Source: a virus (Duplodnaviria > Caudoviricetes). From it: a stretch of DNA of 37,377 nt. The notes under the pieces were generated by a model. The model saw only the letters and a program-made list of their open reading frames with translations. It was not told where the DNA came from and made no database searches. Below are positions 15,838-23,855 of this stretch, one piece after another. Both the position numbers and the translations under genes were made by a program. How positions within the stretch are numbered: position 1 is the stretch's first letter; every line of letters starts with the position of its first letter. The stretch covers positions 1 through 37,377 of the IMG/VR virus record IMGVR_UViG_3300027715_000018; one strand, 5' to 3'.

Positions 15838-15969
15838 CTAAAACAAATTCACAAATTGCTGACAACCAAACACCAATAAACCAATCACACCGATCGTTGT
15901 GAACGCAAACGCTCCAACACTAACACACAAAATCAAACCACCAACAACACCACTTAAAAATTTACTCAT
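15838..15969 (-). CDS. Small membrane protein (43 aa)
   Basis: MSKFLSGVVGGLILCVSVGAFAFTTIGVIGLLVFGCQQFVNLF*, directly after the 15979 gene. Confidence 0.55.
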   Translation of the reverse strand: MSKFLSGVVGGLILCVSVGAFAFTTIGVIGLLVFGCQQFVNLF

Positions 15970-15978
15970 AACTTTTAC

Positions 15979-16389
15979 CTACTTTCTATATTTTTCTAAA
16001 TCTCTTTCACTGAGTGACGACCGCCACTCTCGGCCACGAACACCCCAACCGATCCAGACGCCTAAATTTTCAAGCACTTGCTCGTCAGTTGTTACACCTT
16101 TCATGATGTGGAATAGTAGGCTCAGTTCGTATCCGAAATCTTCGTTGAGTTTATTTGATCCTTGTGCGAACCGTCCTTCTGGTAAGCCTCGTTTTTCGAG
16201 AATTTCATTAAATGTTGCTTCAACAACTTTGTGGATCTTCTTCCAGACCCACCACGGTAGAGTTACAACCCGGCCGTTGCCGCGGTTATAGTGTGTGAGT
16301 TTCAATTGCTCACCGTTGATTATAACAAGTCTGTGGACATTTGGTGCACAAGTAAATCCGAAATCCAATGGGTGTTTGTGATTGCTCAT
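15979..16389 (-). CDS. Hypothetical protein
   Basis: 136 aa, AGGAGG RBS. Confidence 0.75.
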   Translation of the reverse strand: MSNHKHPLDFGFTCAPNVHRLVIINGEQLKLTHYNRGNGRVVTLPWWVWKKIHKVVEATFNEILEKRGLPEGRFAQGSNKLNEDFGYELSLLFHIMKGVTTDEQVLENLGVWIGWGVRGREWRSSLSERDLEKYRK

Positions 16390-16401
16390 TGCTAATTCCT
16401 C

Positions 16402-16770
16402 CTAATCTCGTGGATCTGTTGGATCATAGTTGATGTTGATTTGTTCAGTCCTCATGAATTGTAACGGTTGTTTGGAGCATTTAGCCAAGTCTTTGATAAG
16501 TTGTTCGTAATACACATCGTGTGGTTGTTGCTCTAACCCGTAGAACTTACAAATATCTTTTAGTTTGTGGTTTTCCACAATGTATTTCTCGAGCATTTCA
16601 CACGTAGCGTTTTGTGCGTTTAGCAAGCTATCGCTCACAATTTTTTCATAAGCTAGCGCAGCTTCTAGTTCGATTATTTTTGTTTTTTGGCGTTGAACCA
16701 TATTTAGTAATTCTTTTTTGTTTGATTTCTCACACTCATTGACGAGGGCTTCCCAAATTGTATTGTCCAT
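16402..16770 (-). CDS. Hypothetical coiled-coil protein
   Basis: 122 aa, AGGAGGT RBS. Confidence 0.75.
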   Translation of the reverse strand: MDNTIWEALVNECEKSNKKELLNMVQRQKTKIIELEAALAYEKIVSDSLLNAQNATCEMLEKYIVENHKLKDICKFYGLEQQPHDVYYEQLIKDLAKCSKQPLQFMRTEQININYDPTDPRD

Positions 16771-16814
16771 TAAATCGTACCTCCTAAAAATTTATTGATT
16801 TTTGATTATGTCTA

Positions 16815-16880
16815 ATATTACCACACATTTTGTTATTTGTCAACACTTTGTTTTAAAAAATGTTCGTTAAATTTTTAACA
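16815..16880 (-). promoter_or_regulatory. Sigma-A promoter, duplicated unit copy 2
   Basis: TTGACA-N17-TAATAT with TGn; shares the 30-bp upstream element with 15767-15796. Confidence 0.8.
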
Positions 16881-16909
16881 CCTTCACACAAAAAATCAGA
16901 GAGTCTCGG

Positions 16910-17110
16910 TCAAACGACCGGACCCTCCAGACTTTGTGAAATCTCATTGAAACTTTCAACCAAATCATCACCTTGCACAAACACATTATAACTATCTACA
17001 ATTTCACAAACACCCTTAGGAATTCCAAACCATCCCACAAACACACACCCAATCAAACACACTATCACCAGCAAACAAATACATAACGCTCTCTCAACCA
17101 TCTCACACAC
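16910..17110 (-). CDS. Small membrane-anchored protein
   Basis: N-terminal hydrophobic Cys-rich segment; start overlaps the stop of the mazF-like gene. Confidence 0.6.
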   Translation of the reverse strand: MCEMVERALCICLLVIVCLIGCVFVGWFGIPKGVCEIVDSYNVFVQGDDLVESFNEISQSLEGPVV

Positions 17111-17435
17111 CCAAACCCAACTGAGCTCGTATTGCTCGATCTAAAGCCACAAAATAACACTCTGGCAATTCACAAACATACTCAAGAATTCGTGACTTGT
17201 CAATAGTTCTTATTTGTTCACAGATTATGTATGACTCTAAAGGTAAGACGTTGTTTATTGTTACGTGGGTTTTCATATTTTTTCCATGAGACTTTGATGT
17301 GATCGGTAGTATTGTTGTTGTGGGGCTGAATTTGTTCCCAGTGTTGTTTTGGACTACCACACAATATTTAGTTCCAGAGTGCTCCGAACCGGCACCTTTG
17401 CCCAAGTTAACCTTATATATTTCAAATTTTTTCAC
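17103..17435 (-). CDS. PemK/MazF-family endoribonuclease-like protein (no adjacent antitoxin)
   Basis: EIYKVNLGKGAGSEHSGTKYCVVVQNNTGNKFSPTTTILPITS...CEQIRTIDKSRI. GTG 17435 has a GGAGGA RBS. Confidence 0.88.
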   Translation of the reverse strand: MKKFEIYKVNLGKGAGSEHSGTKYCVVVQNNTGNKFSPTTTILPITSKSHGKNMKTHVTINNVLPLESYIICEQIRTIDKSRILEYVCELPECYFVALDRAIRAQLGLGV

Positions 17436-17493
17436 TTTGTTTATCCTCCAATTTTTAATTTGTGGGTGATGTTTTAAGTCACCCACTATTTAG

Positions 17494-19443
17494 TTATACT
17501 CCGAATGTGTCTTTGGCAACTATAGTTGTGACATGTTCTTCAGGTTCTCCACTAGAACCAATTTCAACATACTCCCTACGCGTCCCAAAGTTTTTTCTAT
17601 ATACACTTTTTGTTTCAACGTTTGCGTGTTTCTTGAGTTCTCTTGATAATTTACCAAGACTTAACGATTTTATACCGTTGGCCGCACACCAACTACAATA
17701 TTGAATATAAACGGCCTCTGTTGATTGGTTGATTAATTCTGGTTCAAGATCTAACCACTCTAATACAGGATTATTATCTTTGATGAATGCTGCTTTTTCT
17801 CTCAGACTAGCTTCAGCTTGAGTGACTTCCTTGTTATATAATAGTCGTTTTAGACCTTCAATTCCGACCTTCAGCAGATATTGAATAGCTTCGTCAGTTT
17901 TTGATTTTTCGTCAATAAACGGATCATAGTCTGGATCGTCTTTTGAAAATTTGTTTTCAAATGGTATGATCACCATTCTTCTGTTAAATCCGTCAGTCCT
18001 ATCGTTTACCGGCGGCATGGTGTTCGCACAATAAATCAATGTGGCGTATGATGAAAAATCGAATGGTTGTCCGTATTTTCTCGCCACGTTTACAGAATCA
18101 CCTGTGGCCATTTTCTTGAACATATCTGAAGCTTCAAAGAACTTGCAACCAATATCATCACCAAAGTTTGCGAGTTTTCCATAAAGTTCAGCAGGCTTGA
18201 ACGTTTCCTCAAGATTAGCTAGTGATAGTGATGCGTAATTGTTCTTTCCAAGCATCGTCTGAATCATTTCTAACACTGTAGATTTACCGTTTTTTCCATG
18301 ACCTGTTAAGAAAAACGCTATCTGCATCTTATTTGATCTGTACAGCGTGTATCCAACCATTTCCTCAATCATTGCTCGCAGTTTTTCATCACCACACGAC
18401 ACGTTATTGAGAATTTTGTCAACAACCTCTGAGTACGCATTTTCGTTGTAGTTGTAAGCTATTTTGTTGTTTATTATATAGTCTGGTGAGTACGGTGTTT
18501 GTTCCATTGTCTCTATATCAAGGATATAGTCTTTCAAACCTATAAGTTTCGGTGGTGACATGAAACCTTCACGTCGACATTGTAGTTGAATGTATTTATA
18601 AACTTCCTTGCGTTGTGTGTCTTTTAGCGATGGTAATTTATCGAGCATTCTACGTTCAAATTCTAAAGGGTTGTTTGAGTAAGTTTTTGTGCGAGTATAA
18701 ATGTGTGGTTGATCGTCGATATTTAATATTTCAGAATTAGCCAACATATAATCACCAAAAACATTGTGTAAGAATTTACCACGTTCTCCGAAAAATACAG
18801 ATTCGTCAAAAGCGTCCTCTGAAGTTATGGCTACGAGCTCTTCGTCAGTTACAGGGTTTATCAAAACCCACTCGTTTATTACTTTTAGTATTTCCTGGAT
18901 TTCTGATTTTTTATAATGAGCTGTTTGTAATGGTTGTATGTGCGAAAACAGTGCTACACGACCATCTAAACCTTCGTCAAGAAAATGATAATTCACTTTA
19001 CTCAAAGGTCTAAAATAAACCGGAACCTCACACAAATCGTCATAAGTTTGTACAAACTCAGATACGAATTGGTGTTCTATTATTTCTTCAAAAGTGTCTC
19101 CGTTTATTGAACGTTTTTTTGTTTCTTCCACGGTTTGTTCGAGTGTTACACACGCGTTTTCTGTGATAACGTCGCATTGCAAACCGCATGTTGTGAATAC
19201 TTTCTCAGCATTTTTGTAATCATTCTGTTCAAAAAACAGAACAATACCTTTTAGAATGTTCAACACATCACATTTGATTTTTTTGGTGTCTACTATATTT
19301 TTTGCGGCTAGTTCAAACTCACCACGAAAAACTAAACCAACAACACCTCCTGTAACAACACCGACGTGGTTGTCACACGTTGGTTGAAATTCTAACGGAC
19401 TTTCGTCACCGATTAGTAAGTAATTTTTGAATATTTTTGCCAT
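17494..19443 (-). CDS. D5/P4-type primase-helicase (SF3) with degenerate N-terminal primase domain
   Basis: Walker A GHGKNGKST, Walker B NFGDD, motif C YCAN, arginine finger GFNRR, PriCT-like helical region and C-terminal winged helix. Confidence 0.9.
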   Translation of the reverse strand: MAKIFKNYLLIGDESPLEFQPTCDNHVGVVTGGVVGLVFRGEFELAAKNIVDTKKIKCDVLNILKGIVLFFEQNDYKNAEKVFTTCGLQCDVITENACVTLEQTVEETKKRSINGDTFEEIIEHQFVSEFVQTYDDLCEVPVYFRPLSKVNYHFLDEGLDGRVALFSHIQPLQTAHYKKSEIQEILKVINEWVLINPVTDEELVAITSEDAFDESVFFGERGKFLHNVFGDYMLANSEILNIDDQPHIYTRTKTYSNNPLEFERRMLDKLPSLKDTQRKEVYKYIQLQCRREGFMSPPKLIGLKDYILDIETMEQTPYSPDYIINNKIAYNYNENAYSEVVDKILNNVSCGDEKLRAMIEEMVGYTLYRSNKMQIAFFLTGHGKNGKSTVLEMIQTMLGKNNYASLSLANLEETFKPAELYGKLANFGDDIGCKFFEASDMFKKMATGDSVNVARKYGQPFDFSSYATLIYCANTMPPVNDRTDGFNRRMVIIPFENKFSKDDPDYDPFIDEKSKTDEAIQYLLKVGIEGLKRLLYNKEVTQAEASLREKAAFIKDNNPVLEWLDLEPELINQSTEAVYIQYCSWCAANGIKSLSLGKLSRELKKHANVETKSVYRKNFGTRREYVEIGSSGEPEEHVTTIVAKDTFGV

Positions 19444-19487
19444 TGTGTTTGTCCTCCAATAATTTTTAATATTTTATCTATGTCTGT

Positions 19488-19517
19488 ATTATAGCATATG
19501 GGTAAATCTTCTGTCAA
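19488..19517 (-). promoter_or_regulatory. Sigma-A promoter of the helicase gene
   Basis: TTGACA-N18-TATAAT with TGn. Confidence 0.75.
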
Positions 19518-19569
19518 CAACTATTTTAAGAAAAGTTTTGGTGGGCTATAAAACCCACCAACATAACTA

Positions 19570-20088
19570 TCAATTATCAAACGGATTCGCATTACCAAAT
19601 GGGTTATCGAACGATACAACACCCGCTACCGGTTGTGTAATCATCGGTTCGTTTTCGTTTATTGATTCAAGAATCTGTATCTTTGTGAAGTTTCTATCAA
19701 CGTCTTTTTTACCATAACTTACTTCAATTTTGTATAAACCACCCAACGGAATGCTATCGATTAGTTCTGCGAAGTTTTCCATAGTTTCAAATTGGATTTT
19801 TTCACCGAGCAACTGTCCGACAGTTTTCACGGCATCGGCTATGTTTACAGCCGTCATGTTCGGATACTGTAAGTTTTGCAGCATTTGGTTGTAGAATATG
19901 ATTCTGTTGTTTTTTAGTCTAAAGCGGCCTTTTATCATCGGTAGGCCTTTTTTGGATTCTGATGGTTCGAATTGTTCGAGTCTAGCTTCATAAATTCCTG
20001 GCGCGATTGGCGCAATCTTTGGCTTCAGATTAAGCAAATCATCCTTGCTGACAACATCGTTGTGTTTGGTCCATGGATTATCTAACAT
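19570..20088 (-). CDS. DUF669-like single-stranded DNA-binding protein
   Basis: PGIYEARLEQFEPSESKKGLPMIKGRFRL motif and a flexible tail ending NPFDN; located in the replication module. Confidence 0.7.
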   Translation of the reverse strand: MLDNPWTKHNDVVSKDDLLNLKPKIAPIAPGIYEARLEQFEPSESKKGLPMIKGRFRLKNNRIIFYNQMLQNLQYPNMTAVNIADAVKTVGQLLGEKIQFETMENFAELIDSIPLGGLYKIEVSYGKKDVDRNFTKIQILESINENEPMITQPVAGVVSFDNPFGNANPFDN

Positions 20089-20128
20089 TTTTTAACACCT
20101 CATAATCTTTCTTTAATTTGTTAATTGT

Positions 20129-20158
20129 ATTCTAACATACTCACAAAGCTTCTGTCAA
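20129..20158 (-). promoter_or_regulatory. Sigma-A promoter of the SSB gene
   Basis: TTGACA-N18-TAGAAT with TGn; shares GTTGACAGAAG with the helicase promoter. Confidence 0.7.
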
Positions 20159-20166
20159 CTAAAACT

Positions 20167-20670
20167 TTACATTTTGTTTAATTCCCATTCTAACTCTTTG
20201 ACTAAAAGTTCATAGATGAGTCTCGGCGAGTCTTCACGTCTTACCGGCCAGACCTGAAACCGGTATTTTATCGACCACGCCAACAAGCTAGCACGGTAAG
20301 CTTTTGGTAAGAATCCTGATCTGTATTTATGTGAATCGAGGTCGTGCCACGTAAAGTCCTCGAGAACAAGGTGTAGGTTTTGGTGTGGCGTTAGACGTTC
20401 GAATTCGTTTGCGAATCGTTCACGACCTGTTGTGAAATTTCCTGCAAGTTCGTCGAGAGACGCCTTTCTCTCAATTATGAATTTGGAATCAAGGTTTAGT
20501 TCTGTGTGTTCTGGTAGTTCAAATGTATAGTCACCAACACTCATCGCTTTTGCTCTATGATTTATTCCGTTGTTGTCTAAAAAATCCACGATGTGTTGGT
20601 TCTTTTTCTCGCGTGTATCTGTGATTATGACCATTGATTTGACGATGTCAAGTTTTTGTTTGGTTGTCAT
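20167..20670 (-). CDS. ERCC4/XPF-family structure-specific nuclease
   Basis: IITDTRE, VGDY and IERKASLDEL motifs. Confidence 0.9.
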   Translation of the reverse strand: MTTKQKLDIVKSMVIITDTREKKNQHIVDFLDNNGINHRAKAMSVGDYTFELPEHTELNLDSKFIIERKASLDELAGNFTTGRERFANEFERLTPHQNLHLVLEDFTWHDLDSHKYRSGFLPKAYRASLLAWSIKYRFQVWPVRREDSPRLIYELLVKELEWELNKM

Positions 20671-21185
20671 TTTGTTTCACGCTCCTTGTAATTTGTTCTT
20701 ATCTTTTTGATAGCTTCTGATATGGTGCTTTGTGAGACATTTAGTTCATTAGCTATTTCTGTTTGTGTACGACCATCTATCAAAAGTTCCACGAGTCTTG
20801 CGTCACAGTTGTATTTTTGCGACAACCACTCGATCTCAGAAATCTCGTCGAAACCTGACTCAAAACTTACCGGTATGTGTCCGTATTTTGAGATGTCGCC
20901 ATCTTCGTCAGGGATGTCTTCGATTATTTGCACGGTGTTTATGTTGGCCGATCGACATTGATGTTTTAGGTTTCTTTTTTCGTTTATTAGGTTATTTAAG
21001 GCCATTGTGTAAAATATGGTTGTTAGTGAACCTAAGTTCTCGTCCCACGCTAAAACAGCCTCACAGAGAGTTTGTGCGAGCAATCCATAATATTCTGGAA
21101 TATTTACGTTGTATTTATGGGCAAATCCATAAATTAAGCTGTGGTTAGATTCCACTATCAGTTTTTGTTCGTAAGTTAATTTCAA
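20667..21185 (-). CDS. Sigma-70-family transcription factor
   Basis: Region 2-like IVESNHSLIY...LCEAVLAWDENLGSLTT and region 4 HTH GRTQTEIANELNVSQSTIS. TTG start with AGGAG RBS. Confidence 0.85.
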   Translation of the reverse strand: MKLTYEQKLIVESNHSLIYGFAHKYNVNIPEYYGLLAQTLCEAVLAWDENLGSLTTIFYTMALNNLINEKRNLKHQCRSANINTVQIIEDIPDEDGDISKYGHIPVSFESGFDEISEIEWLSQKYNCDARLVELLIDGRTQTEIANELNVSQSTISEAIKKIRTNYKERETK

Positions 21186-21222
21186 GTTTGGTTCCTCCTA
21201 GTTTATTAATCAGTTATAATTA

Positions 21223-21283
21223 ATTTTACCATAGGAGAAACCAAAAGTCAATGATTGTTTTGAAATTTTAAGGAAATTTTAAG
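21223..21283 (-). promoter_or_regulatory. Promoter of the sigma gene with upstream CTTAA-N6-CTTAA repeat
   Basis: TTGACT-N17-TAAAAT with TGn; CTTAA on minus beginning at 21283 and 21272. Confidence 0.7.
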
Positions 21284-21286
21284 GTT

Positions 21287-23827
21287 TTAATACGACCTCA
21301 CAATGAACGTCAACGCGCTCGGTTTGTTGGAGCTCGCATTGAATTTATTTGCGTCTGCTTGTGTGTACGCGTAACCTGTTGTCGATAAAGCGTTTGCAAA
21401 CATATCCGTTGTTGTTGTGATCGTTGCTGTGTCAAATGTGTAAAGGTCAAGAATTGGCACATTTGTAGCTTTGAACATGTTTGTTGTTGTCAGTAGCGCT
21501 TGTGTGTTGAATCTTGGTATGTGTAGCGTCTCCAAAACAGTCGTGTTCTCGAACATACTTGTCATGTTAGTTACAGCTCGCGTGTCCAGTCTCGATAAGT
21601 CAAGATTTTTAACCGTACAACCCTTGAACATATTAGACATATCTGTGATAACAGCACTATGGTTCATAACACCTCTAACAACAGTGTTGTTTTGGAACAT
21701 TCCAGCATATGATGTTACCGTGACACCTTTGATTGTGACTGGTATAACAACGTACGGTTTTGTGCCGGTATACACGAAAGTTCCGTTGGTGGTTCCACTG
21801 AAATCTGCATCTACAGCCATAACATACGGTGCTGGTGTTCTTATGCGCATTGTCAGTGTTGCTGGAACACTGCCGGAACCCTGCAGTTTTGTCATATCCG
21901 CATAAGTCTTACACCAAACATCAGTGGTTGTCGCGCTTTGGAAAACATTCGTGTAAGATGTCGCTTTGTTTGTATCAAATGAAGATAAATCTATTTGTGA
22001 TATCTTTGACGATGCGAACATGTACGACATATTTGTGATATTTCGCGTATCCATTTTTTCGTAATCGCTGACAAGACTTATCGCTTGGTTTGAGCCGAAA
22101 GCGTTCTGTAATGTCGTTCTTGCACGAACCTCGAAAGACCTTGTGTCTATATTTTTAACTTGAGAACCGTAAAACATTTGTGTGGTTGTTGTTACATTTT
22201 TCGTCAAAAGATATTGTGTGTCTATTTCGAGTTGTTGCGTACTTTGCAGCATACCTTCCATTGTCGTTATGTTCGGGTTGTCTGAAAATACACCTTGTAC
22301 AACAGAGTTGTTTATAAACATTTGCGCATAAGAAGTTAACAATACGCCACCAACATACCACGGTATAGCCACATATTTTTTTGGGCCCACATATCTTAAT
22401 TGATTTGGATAAACACCGTTTGGTGTTCCGACAAACGCGTCTTCCGTCGCCCACTCGTAAGGTTCTGGTAGTTTCATTTTGAATGTTAGATATGTCGGTT
22501 TGTTTGTTGTTGCGTTCAAGATTATTGCGTCAGGTGTTGTTTTAGATAAGCCTACAGAAGCTTTTGAACTATTGAACATATTAGCTTTGTTGGTAACACC
22601 TGACATATCAAACGACGATAAGTCCAAAATATCTGTCGTATTGCTGTAAAACATGTTGGACATTTCGGTAACTTTTTTTGTGTTAAATGAGCTAACATCA
22701 AGGGTTGTTATGGTTGAACCTCTAAACATCTCGTACATAGATGTGACGTTCGATGTGTTGAAACTTGTTAGGTCTAGATTTTTTGTGGTCGTATTATAAA
22801 ACATAGTGCCCATGCTTATTACGTTTTCTGTGTTGAAGTCGCCGAAAATTATCTCACCTATCGTGGCTCTAGAAAAGAAACTTGTCATTAGTGTTATGTT
22901 GGATGTGTCAAGTTTTGACAAATCGACGCTGTCAGCAACAAGATATCTCAAAAAACCATTCATACGCACACAAGAACCCAAGTAGAATATCGGTAGTTCT
23001 AGAGATGTCGTCGTCATTGTGTCAAACATATTGTCAACGTTTGTTATGTTTTTGTTCGTGCTTATGACACCTTTGACGCCGGCAGTGTTGTTGTTAAAAA
23101 GGTAGTTGTATGATGTTACGTTGACACCTTTTATCACGTGTGGTATGATTACGTATTGTTTGGTTCCGATATATCTAAACGCTCCGTCGGTACTGCCACT
23201 AAAGTCAGAATCTACAGCGACTTCCCAGCGTGTGTCAAAATACTGTTTTGACGTGTTGTATACAGTTGTGCCACCATCAAGTGTTTCGAATGTCAGCAAG
23301 TATGTTCCTACAGAATCACCAAGCAAAACACCATCAGACCAAATAACATTGTTTGTGAACGTTGTTTTTCCTGCACCACTAACAACCAACTCAACACTAA
23401 ACTCATGGTTGACGTTTGGTTGAGCGTTCACAACGGTTAGGGTTGTCGGAGAACTCACAGTCACCATGAATGTGGAACCGAGACTCAAATCCAATAGACC
23501 ATTTGTGACAGTAACCACAGAATCAACCGGTGGAGCCCCAGTTTCTCCTTGCGGTCCCTGCGGACCTTCTAAGCTGTCTATGAAGTCCTGCTCTGTTCCA
23601 GTATTTCCCAAATTCAGCCAAATCTGATATGCTGATAAACCATCTTCACCGTCGACACCATCGGTTCCATTTGTACCATTCGTTCCGTCAACTCCATCAG
23701 TCCCATTCGTACCGTTAGTACCGTTAGTACCGGCAGGACCAGGATCACCCTGGTCCCCCTTGTCACCCTTCAACACCGGTAGTGACGTAAAATTACCAAA
23801 TTCGTCTTTTATTTTTAATACGCTCAT
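21287..23827 (-). CDS. Tail fibre/adhesin: collagen repeats plus three BspA/DUF285-type leucine-rich-repeat modules
   Basis: N-terminal GXY repeats; many LDLSSFNTxNVTxMxxMF repeats arranged in three modules, each ending KPxxLTF or similar. Confidence 0.85.
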   Translation of the reverse strand: MSVLKIKDEFGNFTSLPVLKGDKGDQGDPGPAGTNGTNGTNGTDGVDGTNGTNGTDGVDGEDGLSAYQIWLNLGNTGTEQDFIDSLEGPQGPQGETGAPPVDSVVTVTNGLLDLSLGSTFMVTVSSPTTLTVVNAQPNVNHEFSVELVVSGAGKTTFTNNVIWSDGVLLGDSVGTYLLTFETLDGGTTVYNTSKQYFDTRWEVAVDSDFSGSTDGAFRYIGTKQYVIIPHVIKGVNVTSYNYLFNNNTAGVKGVISTNKNITNVDNMFDTMTTTSLELPIFYLGSCVRMNGFLRYLVADSVDLSKLDTSNITLMTSFFSRATIGEIIFGDFNTENVISMGTMFYNTTTKNLDLTSFNTSNVTSMYEMFRGSTITTLDVSSFNTKKVTEMSNMFYSNTTDILDLSSFDMSGVTNKANMFNSSKASVGLSKTTPDAIILNATTNKPTYLTFKMKLPEPYEWATEDAFVGTPNGVYPNQLRYVGPKKYVAIPWYVGGVLLTSYAQMFINNSVVQGVFSDNPNITTMEGMLQSTQQLEIDTQYLLTKNVTTTTQMFYGSQVKNIDTRSFEVRARTTLQNAFGSNQAISLVSDYEKMDTRNITNMSYMFASSKISQIDLSSFDTNKATSYTNVFQSATTTDVWCKTYADMTKLQGSGSVPATLTMRIRTPAPYVMAVDADFSGTTNGTFVYTGTKPYVVIPVTIKGVTVTSYAGMFQNNTVVRGVMNHSAVITDMSNMFKGCTVKNLDLSRLDTRAVTNMTSMFENTTVLETLHIPRFNTQALLTTTNMFKATNVPILDLYTFDTATITTTTDMFANALSTTGYAYTQADANKFNASSNKPSALTFIVRSY

Positions 23828-23855
23828 TGTGGTTTCTCCTTAATTTTTTTATAGT

